A stretch of DNA of 63,800 nucleotides, the filler included. It is 3 parts of 3 records of this genome, joined end to end, with 100 filler letters (N's around TTAATTAATTAA, not from the genome) between each part and the next. Parts side by side here need not be neighbours in the genome. Positions count along the whole stretch, not along the records: positions 29,556 to 57,787 come from SRR31156797_4055; 2 more parts are not named here. One strand, 5' to 3'. The notes under the pieces are model-generated. The model had not been told where the DNA came from. It saw only the letters and a list, made by a program, of their open reading frames with translations, and made no database searches. This document shows, piece after piece, positions 31,647 to 42,323 of this stretch (positions are counted from its first letter, which is position 1; each line of letters opens with the position of its first letter). Both the position numbers and the translations under genes were made by a program.

Positions 31647-32240
31647 CTAACCCTTTCTTTTCAATCGGCCGAGAAGGATCACCAGGCCATAGGCGGCGAA
31701 TACGCTGATCATCTTGTCGATGATGTTGGTAACCAGAGATGTCAGTAAGACGGCGGGAACCAGGGGGAGTCCCGAGTCGTAAAGGATTGCGGTAATATGG
31801 TCGACAGCTGTTGCCGTGAATCCCCCGCAGGCTACGATGGTTGCCGCCGCTGCCATCAGCGTACTGATCAGAGCCAGTAGCATGGCGGCGGCCATGAGAT
31901 GCATGGCGTCTTCAAATTCGCCTTTCCTCGCCATCAGACCTATGAGAAGGCCGGTTATCATGCTGATGGGAGCATAGTATAGGTAGCCCGCTTCACCGTT
32001 CGTGATGACGAAAAGGAGAAGGTGAGTCAGTAAACCTGTTCCGAGACCGATAAGGGGGCCGTATATCATGCCGGCGACGATAGTAAAGATGGTATCCAGA
32101 AAGATTGGGGATGACAAAACGCTGTCATTCGTTATACTTAAAATTGAATTTAATAAGGAAAACAGGACGATATAAAAATACACTTTTCTGAGAGAGTACT
32201 TTCCGGGTGCATATCCTTCCATGGTGTTCATATGATACAT
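31647..32240 (-). CDS. ECF transporter S component-like membrane protein
   Basis: PIFLDTIFT...YGPLIGLGTGLLT, NIIDKMIS; about 5-6 TM. Confidence 0.75.
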   Translation of the reverse strand: MYHMNTMEGYAPGKYSLRKVYFYIVLFSLLNSILSITNDSVLSSPIFLDTIFTIVAGMIYGPLIGLGTGLLTHLLLFVITNGEAGYLYYAPISMITGLLIGLMARKGEFEDAMHLMAAAMLLALISTLMAAAATIVACGGFTATAVDHITAILYDSGLPLVPAVLLTSLVTNIIDKMISVFAAYGLVILLGRLKRKG

Positions 32241-32269
32241 GATGAAATCATAATCCTAAACGGTATAAA

Positions 32270-33397
32270 ATGAAACTGAGACTGAAAAAATTATTACCTT
32301 ACCATAACAGTATTTTTATTTTGATCAACATCCTGATCATACTTTCGGTCATTTTTTATATTTACAAGAACTATAGCCGCACCCTGGATACCCTTCTCTC
32401 CCTTCAGCATGCCAGCTATGAAGCGGTGTCGGTGGGGCCCGATGGCAAACAGACCATTGATAAGGATATGATAAACGAAGTTCTGGATGCCCTGACTGTC
32501 GGGGGCAGTCTGGAGCACCAGAACACCGTCCTGACCGTTACAAGCGAAATCAAGTATTCTATTGTTCAATACAGCAGTTCCGACGATCCGGAAGTTCATG
32601 ACGAGCTGTCCCGGAGAATTGCAAACCGGATGAACTGGCTTATGATGGACTATGTCCGTATTCTGAGGGAACGCCTCCGCAGCATGAGCATTCTGCGTAT
32701 GTTTGCTATGATAGCCTTTCTGGTATACTTCTTTTCCACTGTGTTATTTCTGGCCAGGCGCTTTCAAGAGCGTTACAGCACGCAGATATCAAAGCGGTCC
32801 CGGGAGCTTCTCCAATCCATCAGGGAGAAGGAGAGGGACCGCCTGGCCATGGTTCTTCATGATCATGTGTTACAGAATATGGCGGCCCTGTCCATGCAAC
32901 CCGAGCTGAATTCCTCTCCCTATCTGAAGGGAGCCTTCCGGGATATTAACAGCAATCTGAGGACCATTATCCAGGGATTGCATCCCGAGCATTTGGCCCA
33001 TTTCGGTCTAAAGGCATCGCTGGAGGACTTTATCTGTTCCTTCTGCTCCCGGGGGACGAGATTTCAGTTGCAGGTGGATCTGGAGGACGATATTTCCCAT
33101 GACCTGCTGCTCGCTTATTCCATCCTGCAGGAGCTTCTTCTGAATATCAGTGAGCATGCCTATGCTCAAAACGCCTTTATAAACCTGATTACCGTCGATT
33201 CCACATTGGAGATCAGCGTCATAGACGATGGAAAGGGCTTCTCTATGGACCCGAAGCTGAGGGATTACACCATGATCGGTCCCACACTGGGGCTGCTTCA
33301 GCACCAGGTACAATACGGCAAGGGCATCTTTACCATTAGCTCCGCACCCGGCAAGGGATGCTCGGTTTACATTCTTTATCCTCTGAAACCCGAATGA
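32270..33397 (+). CDS. Second HisKA_3-type sensor kinase with degenerate N and G2 boxes
   Basis: RLAMVLHDHVLQ, QELLLNISEHA, DDGKGF, SAPGKG. Confidence 0.85.
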   Translation: MKLRLKKLLPYHNSIFILINILIILSVIFYIYKNYSRTLDTLLSLQHASYEAVSVGPDGKQTIDKDMINEVLDALTVGGSLEHQNTVLTVTSEIKYSIVQYSSSDDPEVHDELSRRIANRMNWLMMDYVRILRERLRSMSILRMFAMIAFLVYFFSTVLFLARRFQERYSTQISKRSRELLQSIREKERDRLAMVLHDHVLQNMAALSMQPELNSSPYLKGAFRDINSNLRTIIQGLHPEHLAHFGLKASLEDFICSFCSRGTRFQLQVDLEDDISHDLLLAYSILQELLLNISEHAYAQNAFINLITVDSTLEISVIDDGKGFSMDPKLRDYTMIGPTLGLLQHQVQYGKGIFTISSAPGKGCSVYILYPLKPE

Positions 33398-33553
33398 TAC
33401 TGTGAAGATTGTGTGGTGATCAGGTTATGAAACGGTATTGATTGGGTGTTTTTATCTTTCTGCAATAATAAACAGTACCCCAGAAAATTATAATCGGTAG
33501 TATCGAATTTGGATAGTAGGAAAATTTCCTATTTTCTGAAGGAGGCTGCCGAT

Positions 33554-34732
33554 ATGAAGTATGTATTGTTCGCGCTCCTCTTCCTTGTTTTTTTTGTGTC
33601 ATGTAACGACGGCTCCAGATCCTATAAAGATATTGACGAAATAGAAATTGAGGGAAGAAGCACCCTGTCCTGGGATGATGCCTCCCGCGTGAAAATCGCT
33701 CCGCTTGAAGGGGAGTCGGGCAGCTGCTTCAGTTATCCCAGGCTGGAGGAGCTGCCCGACGGTACCCTTCTGGCGGTTTACGAAGACTGCTCCGGCGGGA
33801 GGATCATTCTCAAGCGAAGCGGTGACGGCGGCCTGAGCTGGGGAGAAGGATTTATCCTGTTTTCCAGGCGTGACAACATCAATCCTGCTGTTCCTGAGAT
33901 CATCCTCCTTGATGACGGCACCCTTCTTTCGGCGGCTAACTACCGTCCCGCTCAGCCCTACAGCAGCGACAGGCGCTTCGGTATCTCCGTGAAAAGAAGC
34001 GCGGATAACGGATACAGCTGGTCCGGGGAGGACATCCTGTATGAGGGGGGCTGGACCTATGAGAACGGCTGCTGGGAGCCTGTGTTCCTTCAACTCCCTT
34101 CGGGGGAGGTCCATCTCTTCTTTGCGGATGAAACCCCCTATGCGGATTCGGACGATCAGAACATCTCTATGCTCCGCTCTTATGACAGGGGGAAGAGCTG
34201 GACGGAGGCTCCCGAGATCGTCAGCTATCGCTGGGAGAGTCGGGACGGCATGCCCGTTCCCCTCTATATGGAAGATCAGCAGAAGGTCCTCCTGGCTATT
34301 GAAGACAAGCATATCGGCGCCTTCAAGCCCAGCGTCCTGCATGAGCGGGGGGCGTCCTGGGATGAGCATGTGAACGGCAGCGACATCCGCCGGGATTATC
34401 ACCCCCTGGTGGCCGAGCTTCCAAAGGATACCTATGCGGGGGCGCCCTATCTGGAAAGACTGCACACCGACGAGGTGATCCTCTCCGTTCAGACCAACTT
34501 CAAAAGGGGCGGCGATTGGACCAACTCCATACAGATGGTGCTGGTGGGAGACAGCACGGGAGCCGCGTTTGCCCATCCCAGCTATCCCTTTCCTCTGGGC
34601 TCCGGCAAGAGGGCCATGTGGAATTCCCTTGAGGTCCTGTCAGACGGCACCGTGCTGGCTGCGAGCGCTACCACGGGCTACTCCGCTTCGGGCGAACAGG
34701 AGATCTGGCTGGCCAGGGGAACGGTAAAATAA
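33554..34732 (+). CDS. Lipoprotein BNR/Asp-box beta-propeller glycoside hydrolase (sialidase superfamily, GH93-like motifs)
   Basis: AAGGAGG RBS, lipobox FVSC, three Asp-boxes (SGDGGLSW, SADNGYSW, SYDRGKSW), YPR, WEP, RDGMP, GAPY. Confidence 0.8.
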   Translation: MKYVLFALLFLVFFVSCNDGSRSYKDIDEIEIEGRSTLSWDDASRVKIAPLEGESGSCFSYPRLEELPDGTLLAVYEDCSGGRIILKRSGDGGLSWGEGFILFSRRDNINPAVPEIILLDDGTLLSAANYRPAQPYSSDRRFGISVKRSADNGYSWSGEDILYEGGWTYENGCWEPVFLQLPSGEVHLFFADETPYADSDDQNISMLRSYDRGKSWTEAPEIVSYRWESRDGMPVPLYMEDQQKVLLAIEDKHIGAFKPSVLHERGASWDEHVNGSDIRRDYHPLVAELPKDTYAGAPYLERLHTDEVILSVQTNFKRGGDWTNSIQMVLVGDSTGAAFAHPSYPFPLGSGKRAMWNSLEVLSDGTVLAASATTGYSASGEQEIWLARGTVK

Positions 34733-34915
34733 AGAACGCGTAATCCGTTTTAGGTCCTCCGGAAAGGGGTTAGCTGCTGTTTAAAACTCGTGATCGCAAG
34801 TAATTAAAAAATACCTGTTCAAAATAGGAAATTGTCCTATATTCGCAAATCCGACTCGTTGCTATCCTTGGTTTCGGTAAAGAAACTGACAAGGAAAGGA
34901 ACGGAATCGGGAGTT

Positions 34916-36577
34916 ATGTCTCATGCCATACAGCCTCTACAGAACATAGTTATTTCCTCTTCGGAGCCCGTACCCGGATCACTCTGCTACAAGGGTGTGG
35001 CCTATGAGGGTAGGCAGGGCTGTCTCACTCTGGAAAAGGGCGGCGAGCTGGATTTTGCGACATATTTCAATGCCTTTCCCTGGGAGAAGTGGAGGCTCTA
35101 TACGGGCCTCTCCTCCCTCTCCCTTTGTCTGAAACTGCACGGCAACTGTCTTCTCACGCTCCAGAGCTATAACGAGAAGGGCGATCCTGTCAAAGGGTAC
35201 GAATATCCGGTCATGGCCAGCGGCGATACCCTTGTCTCCGTTCCCTCTTACCTCCTGAAGGGAAAGGTCGGCTTCAAGATCTCCGCCGTTTCCCATACCC
35301 GCATCTGCTCCGGATTCTGGGGGGGCGGGGATCTTACCCATGCCAGGGATGTCCGCCCCGTCTTTATCACCTGCACCTACAATAGGGACGAGTACCTTTT
35401 CTCCAATCTGGAGCGTCTGAAGCAAGTGAAAGGCGACTGCGATGTGATGGTCGTGGACAACGCCTCGCGCATCCCTTCTCACGCCATGGACGCTCTGGGA
35501 GAGGGATTCCATCTCTTTTCCAATCCCAATGCCGGAGGCTCCGGCGGCTTTACGCGCGGCCTGATGGAGGCCCTCTCCTCGGGCAACAACTACTCCCATG
35601 CCATTCTGATGGACGACGATATTGCCATCGAACCGGAAACCCTTATACGCAGCTGCCGTCTGCTCCGCTATCTGAAACCGGAGTATCGAAAGCATTTCCT
35701 GTCGGGCAGCATGTTCTATATGGACCGTCCCGAGATAATGTTCGAGTCCACGGGTTCCTGGAACGGCTTTCGCGTTTCCAACGGTAACAAGGACAGGGAT
35801 ATGTCCCGCCTGGAAGACCTGTGCGGAACCGATCTGGCTCTCCCGGGAAAGAACCGATACGCCGCCTGGTGGTACTGCGGCATCCCCCTCGATCAGGAGA
35901 TGAGGGATGCTCTTCCCTTTCCCTTTTTCATCTACGGCGACGATATGGATTTTTCGCTGAGCTGGGCAAAGGGCTTTCTCACCCTGGACGGCATAGGGGT
36001 ATGGCATGAGTCGTTTACCCGCAAGTTCAATCCCCTGTTCAAGAGTTACTTTTTCTGTCGGAACACCACCATACTGAATGCGCTGCATCCGTCCCGGTTC
36101 AAGTTTGTTCACAGCTTGCTGAACACGAGCATCCATTTCTGGGTACAGATTCTGGTTCACGACTACAGATCGGCGACCCTGGCTCTGGACGCCCTGGAGG
36201 ACTTTCTGGAGGGGGCCGAGTATGTTGCGGCTCTGGATGAACAGACCCTGTTGGAGCGGGAGGATGCCAAGCCCACTTTTATAATGCCGGGCAGGAGAGA
36301 GCTTCTCTTCGCCCGTTCCATAAAGGCCAACTTCCGTCGATGGTGCGCTCCTCTCTACTTTCTGCACAGGAAACTGGCGGCCTGGAATCATGACCATACG
36401 GAAGCGGAGATCCGCGTCAGAAGCCTCAGAAAGATCATCTCTCTGGTCCTCCGGCATAGTCTTCTCCGTTTCCGCTTCCTCTTTCGCTATTCCAAAGCGG
36501 CAAAATCGTTCCGCAAGCTGAGAAGGGATGAAGAGTTCTGGAAGACCCGCTTTCGGGGTATGAAGGAGAGCGCCTGA
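34916..36577 (+). CDS. Galactofuranosyltransferase (GlfT2-like GT2)
   Basis: FATYFNAF N-domain, NAGGSGGFTRG, MDDD, AAWWYC, FFIYGDD; adjacent to glf. Confidence 0.85.
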   Translation: MSHAIQPLQNIVISSSEPVPGSLCYKGVAYEGRQGCLTLEKGGELDFATYFNAFPWEKWRLYTGLSSLSLCLKLHGNCLLTLQSYNEKGDPVKGYEYPVMASGDTLVSVPSYLLKGKVGFKISAVSHTRICSGFWGGGDLTHARDVRPVFITCTYNRDEYLFSNLERLKQVKGDCDVMVVDNASRIPSHAMDALGEGFHLFSNPNAGGSGGFTRGLMEALSSGNNYSHAILMDDDIAIEPETLIRSCRLLRYLKPEYRKHFLSGSMFYMDRPEIMFESTGSWNGFRVSNGNKDRDMSRLEDLCGTDLALPGKNRYAAWWYCGIPLDQEMRDALPFPFFIYGDDMDFSLSWAKGFLTLDGIGVWHESFTRKFNPLFKSYFFCRNTTILNALHPSRFKFVHSLLNTSIHFWVQILVHDYRSATLALDALEDFLEGAEYVAALDEQTLLEREDAKPTFIMPGRRELLFARSIKANFRRWCAPLYFLHRKLAAWNHDHTEAEIRVRSLRKIISLVLRHSLLRFRFLFRYSKAAKSFRKLRRDEEFWKTRFRGMKESA

Positions 36578-37728
36578 TGTTTGAGAGGATCAGCACCATT
36601 GTCGCCGGTGCGGGTATCAGCGGACTGACCGCCGCCCGTTCCCTGGCAGAGCAGGGCCATAAGGTCCTGGTCGTAGAGAAGAAGCGCCGTATCGGCGGAC
36701 ACTGCTCCGACTATATCGACGACCACGGTATTCTTGTGCAGCCCTACGGTCCCCACATCTTTCACAGTGACAACGGGACGGTGTGGAACTTTCTGTCCCG
36801 ATTCACCGACTGGCATCCCTATCATCACAAGGTGGCGGGCTATATCGACGGGCAGCTCATCCCCATCCCCTTCAATCTGAACACCCTCCACGCCCTCCTG
36901 CCCCAGAGCATGGCGGGCAGGATCGAAGAGAAGCTTCTGAATGACTTTGCCCTGGGTGAGCGGGTGCCCATCCTGAAGCTGCAGGAATCTGGGGATGAGG
37001 ATCTGAGCTTCCTGGCCAAGTTCGTCTATGAGAAGGTTTTCCTCAACTACACCCTGAAGCAGTGGGGCGGCAAACGTCCCGAAGACCTCGACCCTTCGGT
37101 CTCAGCCCGTGTTCCCGTGGTGATAAGCCACGACGACCGCTACTTCGACGACCGCTTTCAGGGCATCCCCGTCAAGGGCTACACCCATCTGTTGGAGAAT
37201 ATGGCGGATCACCCCAATATCCAGCTCCTTTTGAATACGGATGTCCATGATCTGATCTCTCTGAAGCATGGCCAGACCATTATGAATCGCAGGCCCTACA
37301 GAGGGCACTTTGTTTACACGGGGCCCATAGACGAGCTTCTGGACTACGAACACGGCACCTTGCCCTATCGCTCGGTGAATATCGAGTTTGAGAGCTTCCC
37401 GACTACAGGGAATTTCCAATCCAGGAGCGTGGTGAACTACCCCAACAATTACGACTTCACGCGCATCACCGAATACCGTCACTTTCAGCGGAATCCGGTG
37501 GAGCGCTATACGACCATCAGCCGGGAGTATCCGGCGGAATACGTAAAAGGAGAAACCCATCCCTTCTACGTGATAGACAGCGAAGACAGCAGAGCTCTCT
37601 ATGCCAGCTATAGACAGCAGGTCGCTTCCTACGGGAATATCCATTGCCTGGGCCGTCTGGGAGAGTTCCGCTACTACGATATGGATGATGCGGTGGACGC
37701 CGCCTTGTCTTTGACAAAGGGCCTGTGA
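36577..37728 (+). CDS. glf: UDP-galactopyranose mutase
   Basis: GAGISG, YGPHIFH, YTLKQWG, LPYRS, TRITEY, GRLGEFRYYDMD. Confidence 0.96.
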   Translation: MFERISTIVAGAGISGLTAARSLAEQGHKVLVVEKKRRIGGHCSDYIDDHGILVQPYGPHIFHSDNGTVWNFLSRFTDWHPYHHKVAGYIDGQLIPIPFNLNTLHALLPQSMAGRIEEKLLNDFALGERVPILKLQESGDEDLSFLAKFVYEKVFLNYTLKQWGGKRPEDLDPSVSARVPVVISHDDRYFDDRFQGIPVKGYTHLLENMADHPNIQLLLNTDVHDLISLKHGQTIMNRRPYRGHFVYTGPIDELLDYEHGTLPYRSVNIEFESFPTTGNFQSRSVVNYPNNYDFTRITEYRHFQRNPVERYTTISREYPAEYVKGETHPFYVIDSEDSRALYASYRQQVASYGNIHCLGRLGEFRYYDMDDAVDAALSLTKGL

Positions 37729-37757
37729 AAGGGTTCTTGCTTCCTCACAGGCTGTTT
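37721..37757 (+). terminator. Possible terminator hairpin after glf
   Basis: GCCTGTGA...TCACAGGC inverted repeat followed by TGTTT. Confidence 0.35.
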
Positions 37758-37927
37758 CGGCGCCGGAGGAAGCTTTTTATGTCCGTTGGACATAAGTTTA
37801 TGAATCTGAAAACAACGTCTTAGGGCGGGTAGGGAGAGCTGTGCCCTCTCAGGTTTCCGGGTTCTGAATGTTGGAATCGTCAGGATCAGTTCTCCCTGAT
37901 TCTTTAATCTTTATATTGAGGATATGC

Positions 37928-38833
37928 ATGAACTATTATCAAAGTATTACGAAAAAGCTCGAAGCCGAAAGCATCGACATCATCAGAGAGGTAACGGCCG
38001 AGTTCGAACGGCCCGTTATGCTCTATTCCATCGGTAAGGACTCTTCCGTTATGCTGCATCTGGCACAGAAGGCCTTTGCGCCCGGAAAGATCCCCTTTCC
38101 CCTGATGCATGTGGATACCACTTATAAGTTTCCCGAGATGATTAGTTACCGGGACAGGTTCTGTGCCGAGATCGGTGCCAACCTGATCGTGCATATTAAC
38201 GAAGACGCCATCGAAGCGGGGGCCAATCCCTGGTCTCTGGGTACGGTGAAGTGCTGTTCCCTCCTGAAGACCAAAGCCCTTCTCGATTCCCTGAAAAAAG
38301 GTGAGTTCGATGCGGCCTTCGGCGGCGCCCGCCGGGACGAGGAGAAGTCCCGGGCCAAGGAAAGGATCTACAGTTTCCGAGACGCCCACGGTCAGTGGGA
38401 CCCCAAGAATCAGAGACCCGAGCTCTGGAGCCTCTACAACGGCCAGATCAATAAGGGCGAGTCCATCCGTGTTTTCCCTCTGTCAAACTGGACGGAGCTG
38501 GATATCTGGACATATATCAAGCAGGAGAATATCCCCATCAATTCCCTTTACTTCGCTAAGAAGCGCCCCGTCGTCAGACGCGGTGGCCAGCTGATTCCCT
38601 ATGTTGAGGGAGAGACGCCCCTGAGCGAAGGCGAGGAGCCCGAGGACGTGATGTGCCGTTTCAGGACCCTGGGCTGCTGGCCCTGTACGGGCGCGGTGGA
38701 ATCGGATGCGGCTACCCTGGATGAGATCATAATGGAAACCATGACGGTGACCGTTAGCGAGCGTTCCACCCGCATCATCGACCATGATCAGGAAGGTTCT
38801 ATGGAACAGAAAAAAAGGGAAGGGTATTTCTAA
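37928..38833 (+). CDS. cysD: Sulfate adenylyltransferase subunit 2
   Basis: [35 protein letters not shown]; likely start MNYYQ. Confidence 0.96.
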   Translation: MNYYQSITKKLEAESIDIIREVTAEFERPVMLYSIGKDSSVMLHLAQKAFAPGKIPFPLMHVDTTYKFPEMISYRDRFCAEIGANLIVHINEDAIEAGANPWSLGTVKCCSLLKTKALLDSLKKGEFDAAFGGARRDEEKSRAKERIYSFRDAHGQWDPKNQRPELWSLYNGQINKGESIRVFPLSNWTELDIWTYIKQENIPINSLYFAKKRPVVRRGGQLIPYVEGETPLSEGEEPEDVMCRFRTLGCWPCTGAVESDAATLDEIIMETMTVTVSERSTRIIDHDQEGSMEQKKREGYF

Positions 38834-39618
38834 TGCTGTCCAAGGATCAGGAATCCCTTCTTATCGCCCTGGCCCGGAGGGCGGGCGATGCGGTTATGGA
38901 TGTGTACGGCAAGCCCGAGACAATGGGAGTTGAGTACAAAGGCGACGACTCGCCCCTGACCGTGGCGGATAAAAAATCCCATGGCATCATCGCATCCAAC
39001 CTGAAAGAACACTTTCCCCATATTCCGGTTATCTCTGAAGAGGACGAGGAGCTTCAGGATTGGGAGGCCCGTCAGGATATGAAAACCTTCTGGCTGGTGG
39101 ATCCTCTGGACGGTACAAAAGAGTTTATCAAGCGAAGCAATGATTTCACGGTCAATATCGCCCTGGTGGAAGAGGGGAAACCTGTCTGGGGCGTCGTGTT
39201 CGCTCCCGCCCGGGGATGGCTCTACCATGGGGGACCCGGTGTGGGCGCCTGGAAGCAGGAAAACGGCTATGACCGGAAGTCCCTTCCCTCGGTCAATTTA
39301 TATGCCCGGGACAGGATCGTTGCCGTCAGGAGCAAGTCCCATAGCCACCCCGATGAAGAGTTGATTCTGGCTGAATACGGGGTCAACAGCACGGTCAGCA
39401 TCGGAAGCAGCCTGAAGTTCTGCCTGGTGGCAGAGGGTTCTGCAGACATCTACTACCGCAAAGGGCCTACCTGGGAGTGGGATACGGCGGCTGCCCATGC
39501 GGTCGTTCTGGGAGCCGGGGCGGAGGTTCTGGAAGGGGACGGCAGCGACGGCTTTACCCTTGACTATAACAAAAAGACTCTGAAAAACGACTACGGTTTT
39601 ATATGCAAAAGGAAATGA
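38833..39618 (+). CDS. cysQ: 3'(2'),5'-bisphosphate nucleotidase
   Basis: SPLTVAD, DPLDGTKEF, SKSH, GSSLK, WDTAA. Confidence 0.94.
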   Translation: MLSKDQESLLIALARRAGDAVMDVYGKPETMGVEYKGDDSPLTVADKKSHGIIASNLKEHFPHIPVISEEDEELQDWEARQDMKTFWLVDPLDGTKEFIKRSNDFTVNIALVEEGKPVWGVVFAPARGWLYHGGPGVGAWKQENGYDRKSLPSVNLYARDRIVAVRSKSHSHPDEELILAEYGVNSTVSIGSSLKFCLVAEGSADIYYRKGPTWEWDTAAAHAVVLGAGAEVLEGDGSDGFTLDYNKKTLKNDYGFICKRK

Positions 39619-39622
39619 GTAA

Positions 39623-41512
39623 ATGAAGAATATAGATGACTTGATGGCGATCAATGAGAACTCCGATCTCCTGCGCTTCTCAACAGCGGGAAGCGTGGAC
39701 GACGGTAAGTCCACACTGATCGGCCGTCTTCTCCACGACTCCAACAATATATACGAGGATCAGCTGAAGTCGGTAGGGCAAGACTCAGAAAAGTTGGGGC
39801 GGAACCTGGACCTGGCCCTCCTGATGGACGGTCTGAAGTCGGAGAGGGAGCAGGGCATCACCATCGATGTGGCCTACCGCTACTTTTCCACCCCCAAGCG
39901 CCGCTTCATTATCGCCGACACCCCGGGCCACGAGCAGTACACCAGAAACATGGCTACAGGCGCCTCCACGGCGGACCTGGCCATTATCCTGGTGGACGCT
40001 GAGAACGGAATCCTGACCCAGACCAAACGCCATAGCTTTATCTCAGCCCTCTTCCATATTCCCCATATCGTGGTGGTGGTCAACAAGATGGACCTGGTGA
40101 ACTGGTCCCAGGAGCGCTTCAACGAGATCGTTGAGGAGTACAAGGAATTTGCCATGCGCCTGGAGATGAAGGATATCACCTTCATCCCCATAAGCGCCCT
40201 GGAAGGGGACAACGTGGTGAATTCCTCTGAGAATATGACGTGGTATGAGGGGACTACCCTTCTGCACCATCTCGAGAATGTCTATACAGCTTCGGGTCGC
40301 AATATGGTGGACTTCCGCTTTCCCGTTCAGTATGTGAACCGTCCCAATCACCGCTTCCGGGGCTTCTGCGGTACCATCGCTTCGGGTATCGTCCGACCCG
40401 GTGACGAGATCACAATCCTTCCCTCCCAGAAGACTACGAAGATTAAGTCGGTCATCGACGGAGGGGAAGAGGTCAAAGAGGCCTTCGCTTCCATGGCTGT
40501 CACCCTGGAGACCGAGGACGAGGTCGATATCAGCCGGGGTGACTTTATCGTCCATTCGGGCAATCATCCCTATGTGGGAGACGAGCTGGAAGCCATGATG
40601 ATCTGGATGAACGAGTCTCCTCTGAAACAGGGACATGAATATGTCCTGAAACAGGGCTCCCGCCTGGAGCGCTTTCGCTTCTCCGATGTTACCTTCAAAA
40701 TCAATCCCGAGGACCTTCACCGCAACGAAACGGACACCCTTCAGCTCAATGAGATCGGACGGGTAAACCTCTCCCTCTTCAAGGCCATTCCCTATGACGA
40801 GTACCATAAGAACAGAGCTACGGGTAGCTTCATCGTTATTGACAGGATGCAGAACCTGACCGTCGGTGCGGGTATGATCATCAAGAAGAGTAAGAACCAG
40901 ACCAGCAACAAGAGAATCCTGGACATGAAGGGGAGCAATATCAGAAACATCTTCCCCCAAGCCGGATTGATTTCCCACGCGGATCGCTGCGACCTTCTGG
41001 GTCAGACTCCCAAAACATTCTGGTTAACGGGATTAAGCGGTTCAGGCAAGAGCACCATCGCCTTTGCTCTGGAGAAAAGGCTCTACGATATGTCGCGACC
41101 TTGCTATGTGCTGGACGGGGACAATATCAGAGACGGTATCAATAAGGATATGAGCTTCTCTGTAGAGGATAGAAAAGAGAACATCAGAAGGATCGCCGAG
41201 ATCGCCAAGCTCTTTAACGACGCAGGCATTACGGTAATCACATCTTTTATCTCCCCCTTTCAGGAAGACAGAGAGTCTGCCAAACAGATCATCGGGGATG
41301 AACGATTCAGTGAAATCTATATCAACACTCCCCTGGAAATCTGTAAGGAGAGAGATCCCAAGGGGCTCTACAAGAAGGTAGAAAATGGTGAAATCCAGAA
41401 CTTTACTGGCATAGACTCACCCTACGAAGAGCCTGAGTCCCCCGAGATGGAAATCAAAACAACCATCTCATCCGTAGACCAGGCTGTCGACTCCATTATC
41501 GAGAAGATGTAG
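39623..41512 (+). CDS. cysNC: Bifunctional sulfate adenylyltransferase subunit 1 / APS kinase
   Basis: GSVDDGKST, DTPGHEQY, NKMD; C-terminal TGLSGSGKST, LDGDNIR, FTGIDSPYE. Confidence 0.95.
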   Translation: MKNIDDLMAINENSDLLRFSTAGSVDDGKSTLIGRLLHDSNNIYEDQLKSVGQDSEKLGRNLDLALLMDGLKSEREQGITIDVAYRYFSTPKRRFIIADTPGHEQYTRNMATGASTADLAIILVDAENGILTQTKRHSFISALFHIPHIVVVVNKMDLVNWSQERFNEIVEEYKEFAMRLEMKDITFIPISALEGDNVVNSSENMTWYEGTTLLHHLENVYTASGRNMVDFRFPVQYVNRPNHRFRGFCGTIASGIVRPGDEITILPSQKTTKIKSVIDGGEEVKEAFASMAVTLETEDEVDISRGDFIVHSGNHPYVGDELEAMMIWMNESPLKQGHEYVLKQGSRLERFRFSDVTFKINPEDLHRNETDTLQLNEIGRVNLSLFKAIPYDEYHKNRATGSFIVIDRMQNLTVGAGMIIKKSKNQTSNKRILDMKGSNIRNIFPQAGLISHADRCDLLGQTPKTFWLTGLSGSGKSTIAFALEKRLYDMSRPCYVLDGDNIRDGINKDMSFSVEDRKENIRRIAEIAKLFNDAGITVITSFISPFQEDRESAKQIIGDERFSEIYINTPLEICKERDPKGLYKKVENGEIQNFTGIDSPYEEPESPEMEIKTTISSVDQAVDSIIEKM

Positions 41513-41522
41513 GGAAAAACTT

Positions 41523-42323
41523 TTGAAATCAATAATCTCATTTTTCAAAGCAGTCATAGAGAACAGATATCTCATCTATCAGCTTACTATAAGGGATGTA
41601 ACCAGCCAATACAAAAGATCAAAGTTGGGAATGTTTTGGTCTCTGGCTGAACCTATGGCCTTTATGGGAATCCTCTACTTGGTATTTGGTATTGGCCTAA
41701 GAGGAGGTCAGTCTATGGATATGCCTTTCATATGTTACCTGATAAGTGGCATGGCTGTCGTTCAGTTCTTCACTGGTACAATGAGTCAGGGGACAATAGC
41801 TATTAGATCACATTCATATCTTTTAAAAAAGATAAACTTTAGATTAAGCATCCTTCCTATCGCAACTGTATTAACAGGAATAGTTCAACATCTAGTTTTT
41901 TTACTTGCTGTACTTATATTTTTCTTCATTAATTGTGTATATCCAACCTGGTACTGGTTTCAAATGATTTACTATTTATTTTCATTATCACTATTGCTTC
42001 TTGGAGTCTCATGGCTTACATCTTCTGTAGGTGTTTTCATGCCAGATCTTCAACATGTGATTAACGTTTTTGGACGAATGGTCTTTTATTTTACACCAGT
42101 TTTCTGGAGCTCTGAAATGTTAAACACTAAACTCCAATATTATTTGAAATTCAATCCTTTGTTTTACATTGTCATGGGATATCGAGAATCATTATATTAT
42201 CGCATTCCTTTTTGGAAACACCCGTTACAAACTATTTACTTTTGGTGTTGGGTTCTTTTTATGATATTAATAGGTATTATTACGTTTAAAAAACTTAGAC
42301 CACAATTTACTGATAATATATGA
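41523..42323 (+). CDS. wzm: Polysaccharide ABC exporter permease
   Basis: YKRSKLGMFW, TPVFW, NPL motifs. Confidence 0.9.
   Translation: MKSIISFFKAVIENRYLIYQLTIRDVTSQYKRSKLGMFWSLAEPMAFMGILYLVFGIGLRGGQSMDMPFICYLISGMAVVQFFTGTMSQGTIAIRSHSYLLKKINFRLSILPIATVLTGIVQHLVFLLAVLIFFFINCVYPTWYWFQMIYYLFSLSLLLLGVSWLTSSVGVFMPDLQHVINVFGRMVFYFTPVFWSSEMLNTKLQYYLKFNPLFYIVMGYRESLYYRIPFWKHPLQTIYFWCWVLFMILIGIITFKKLRPQFTDNI

Noticed and set aside
37928-41512. cysD-cysQ-cysNC as assimilatory sulfate reduction
   Set aside because: No PAPS or sulfite reductase is present; context points to glycan sulfation
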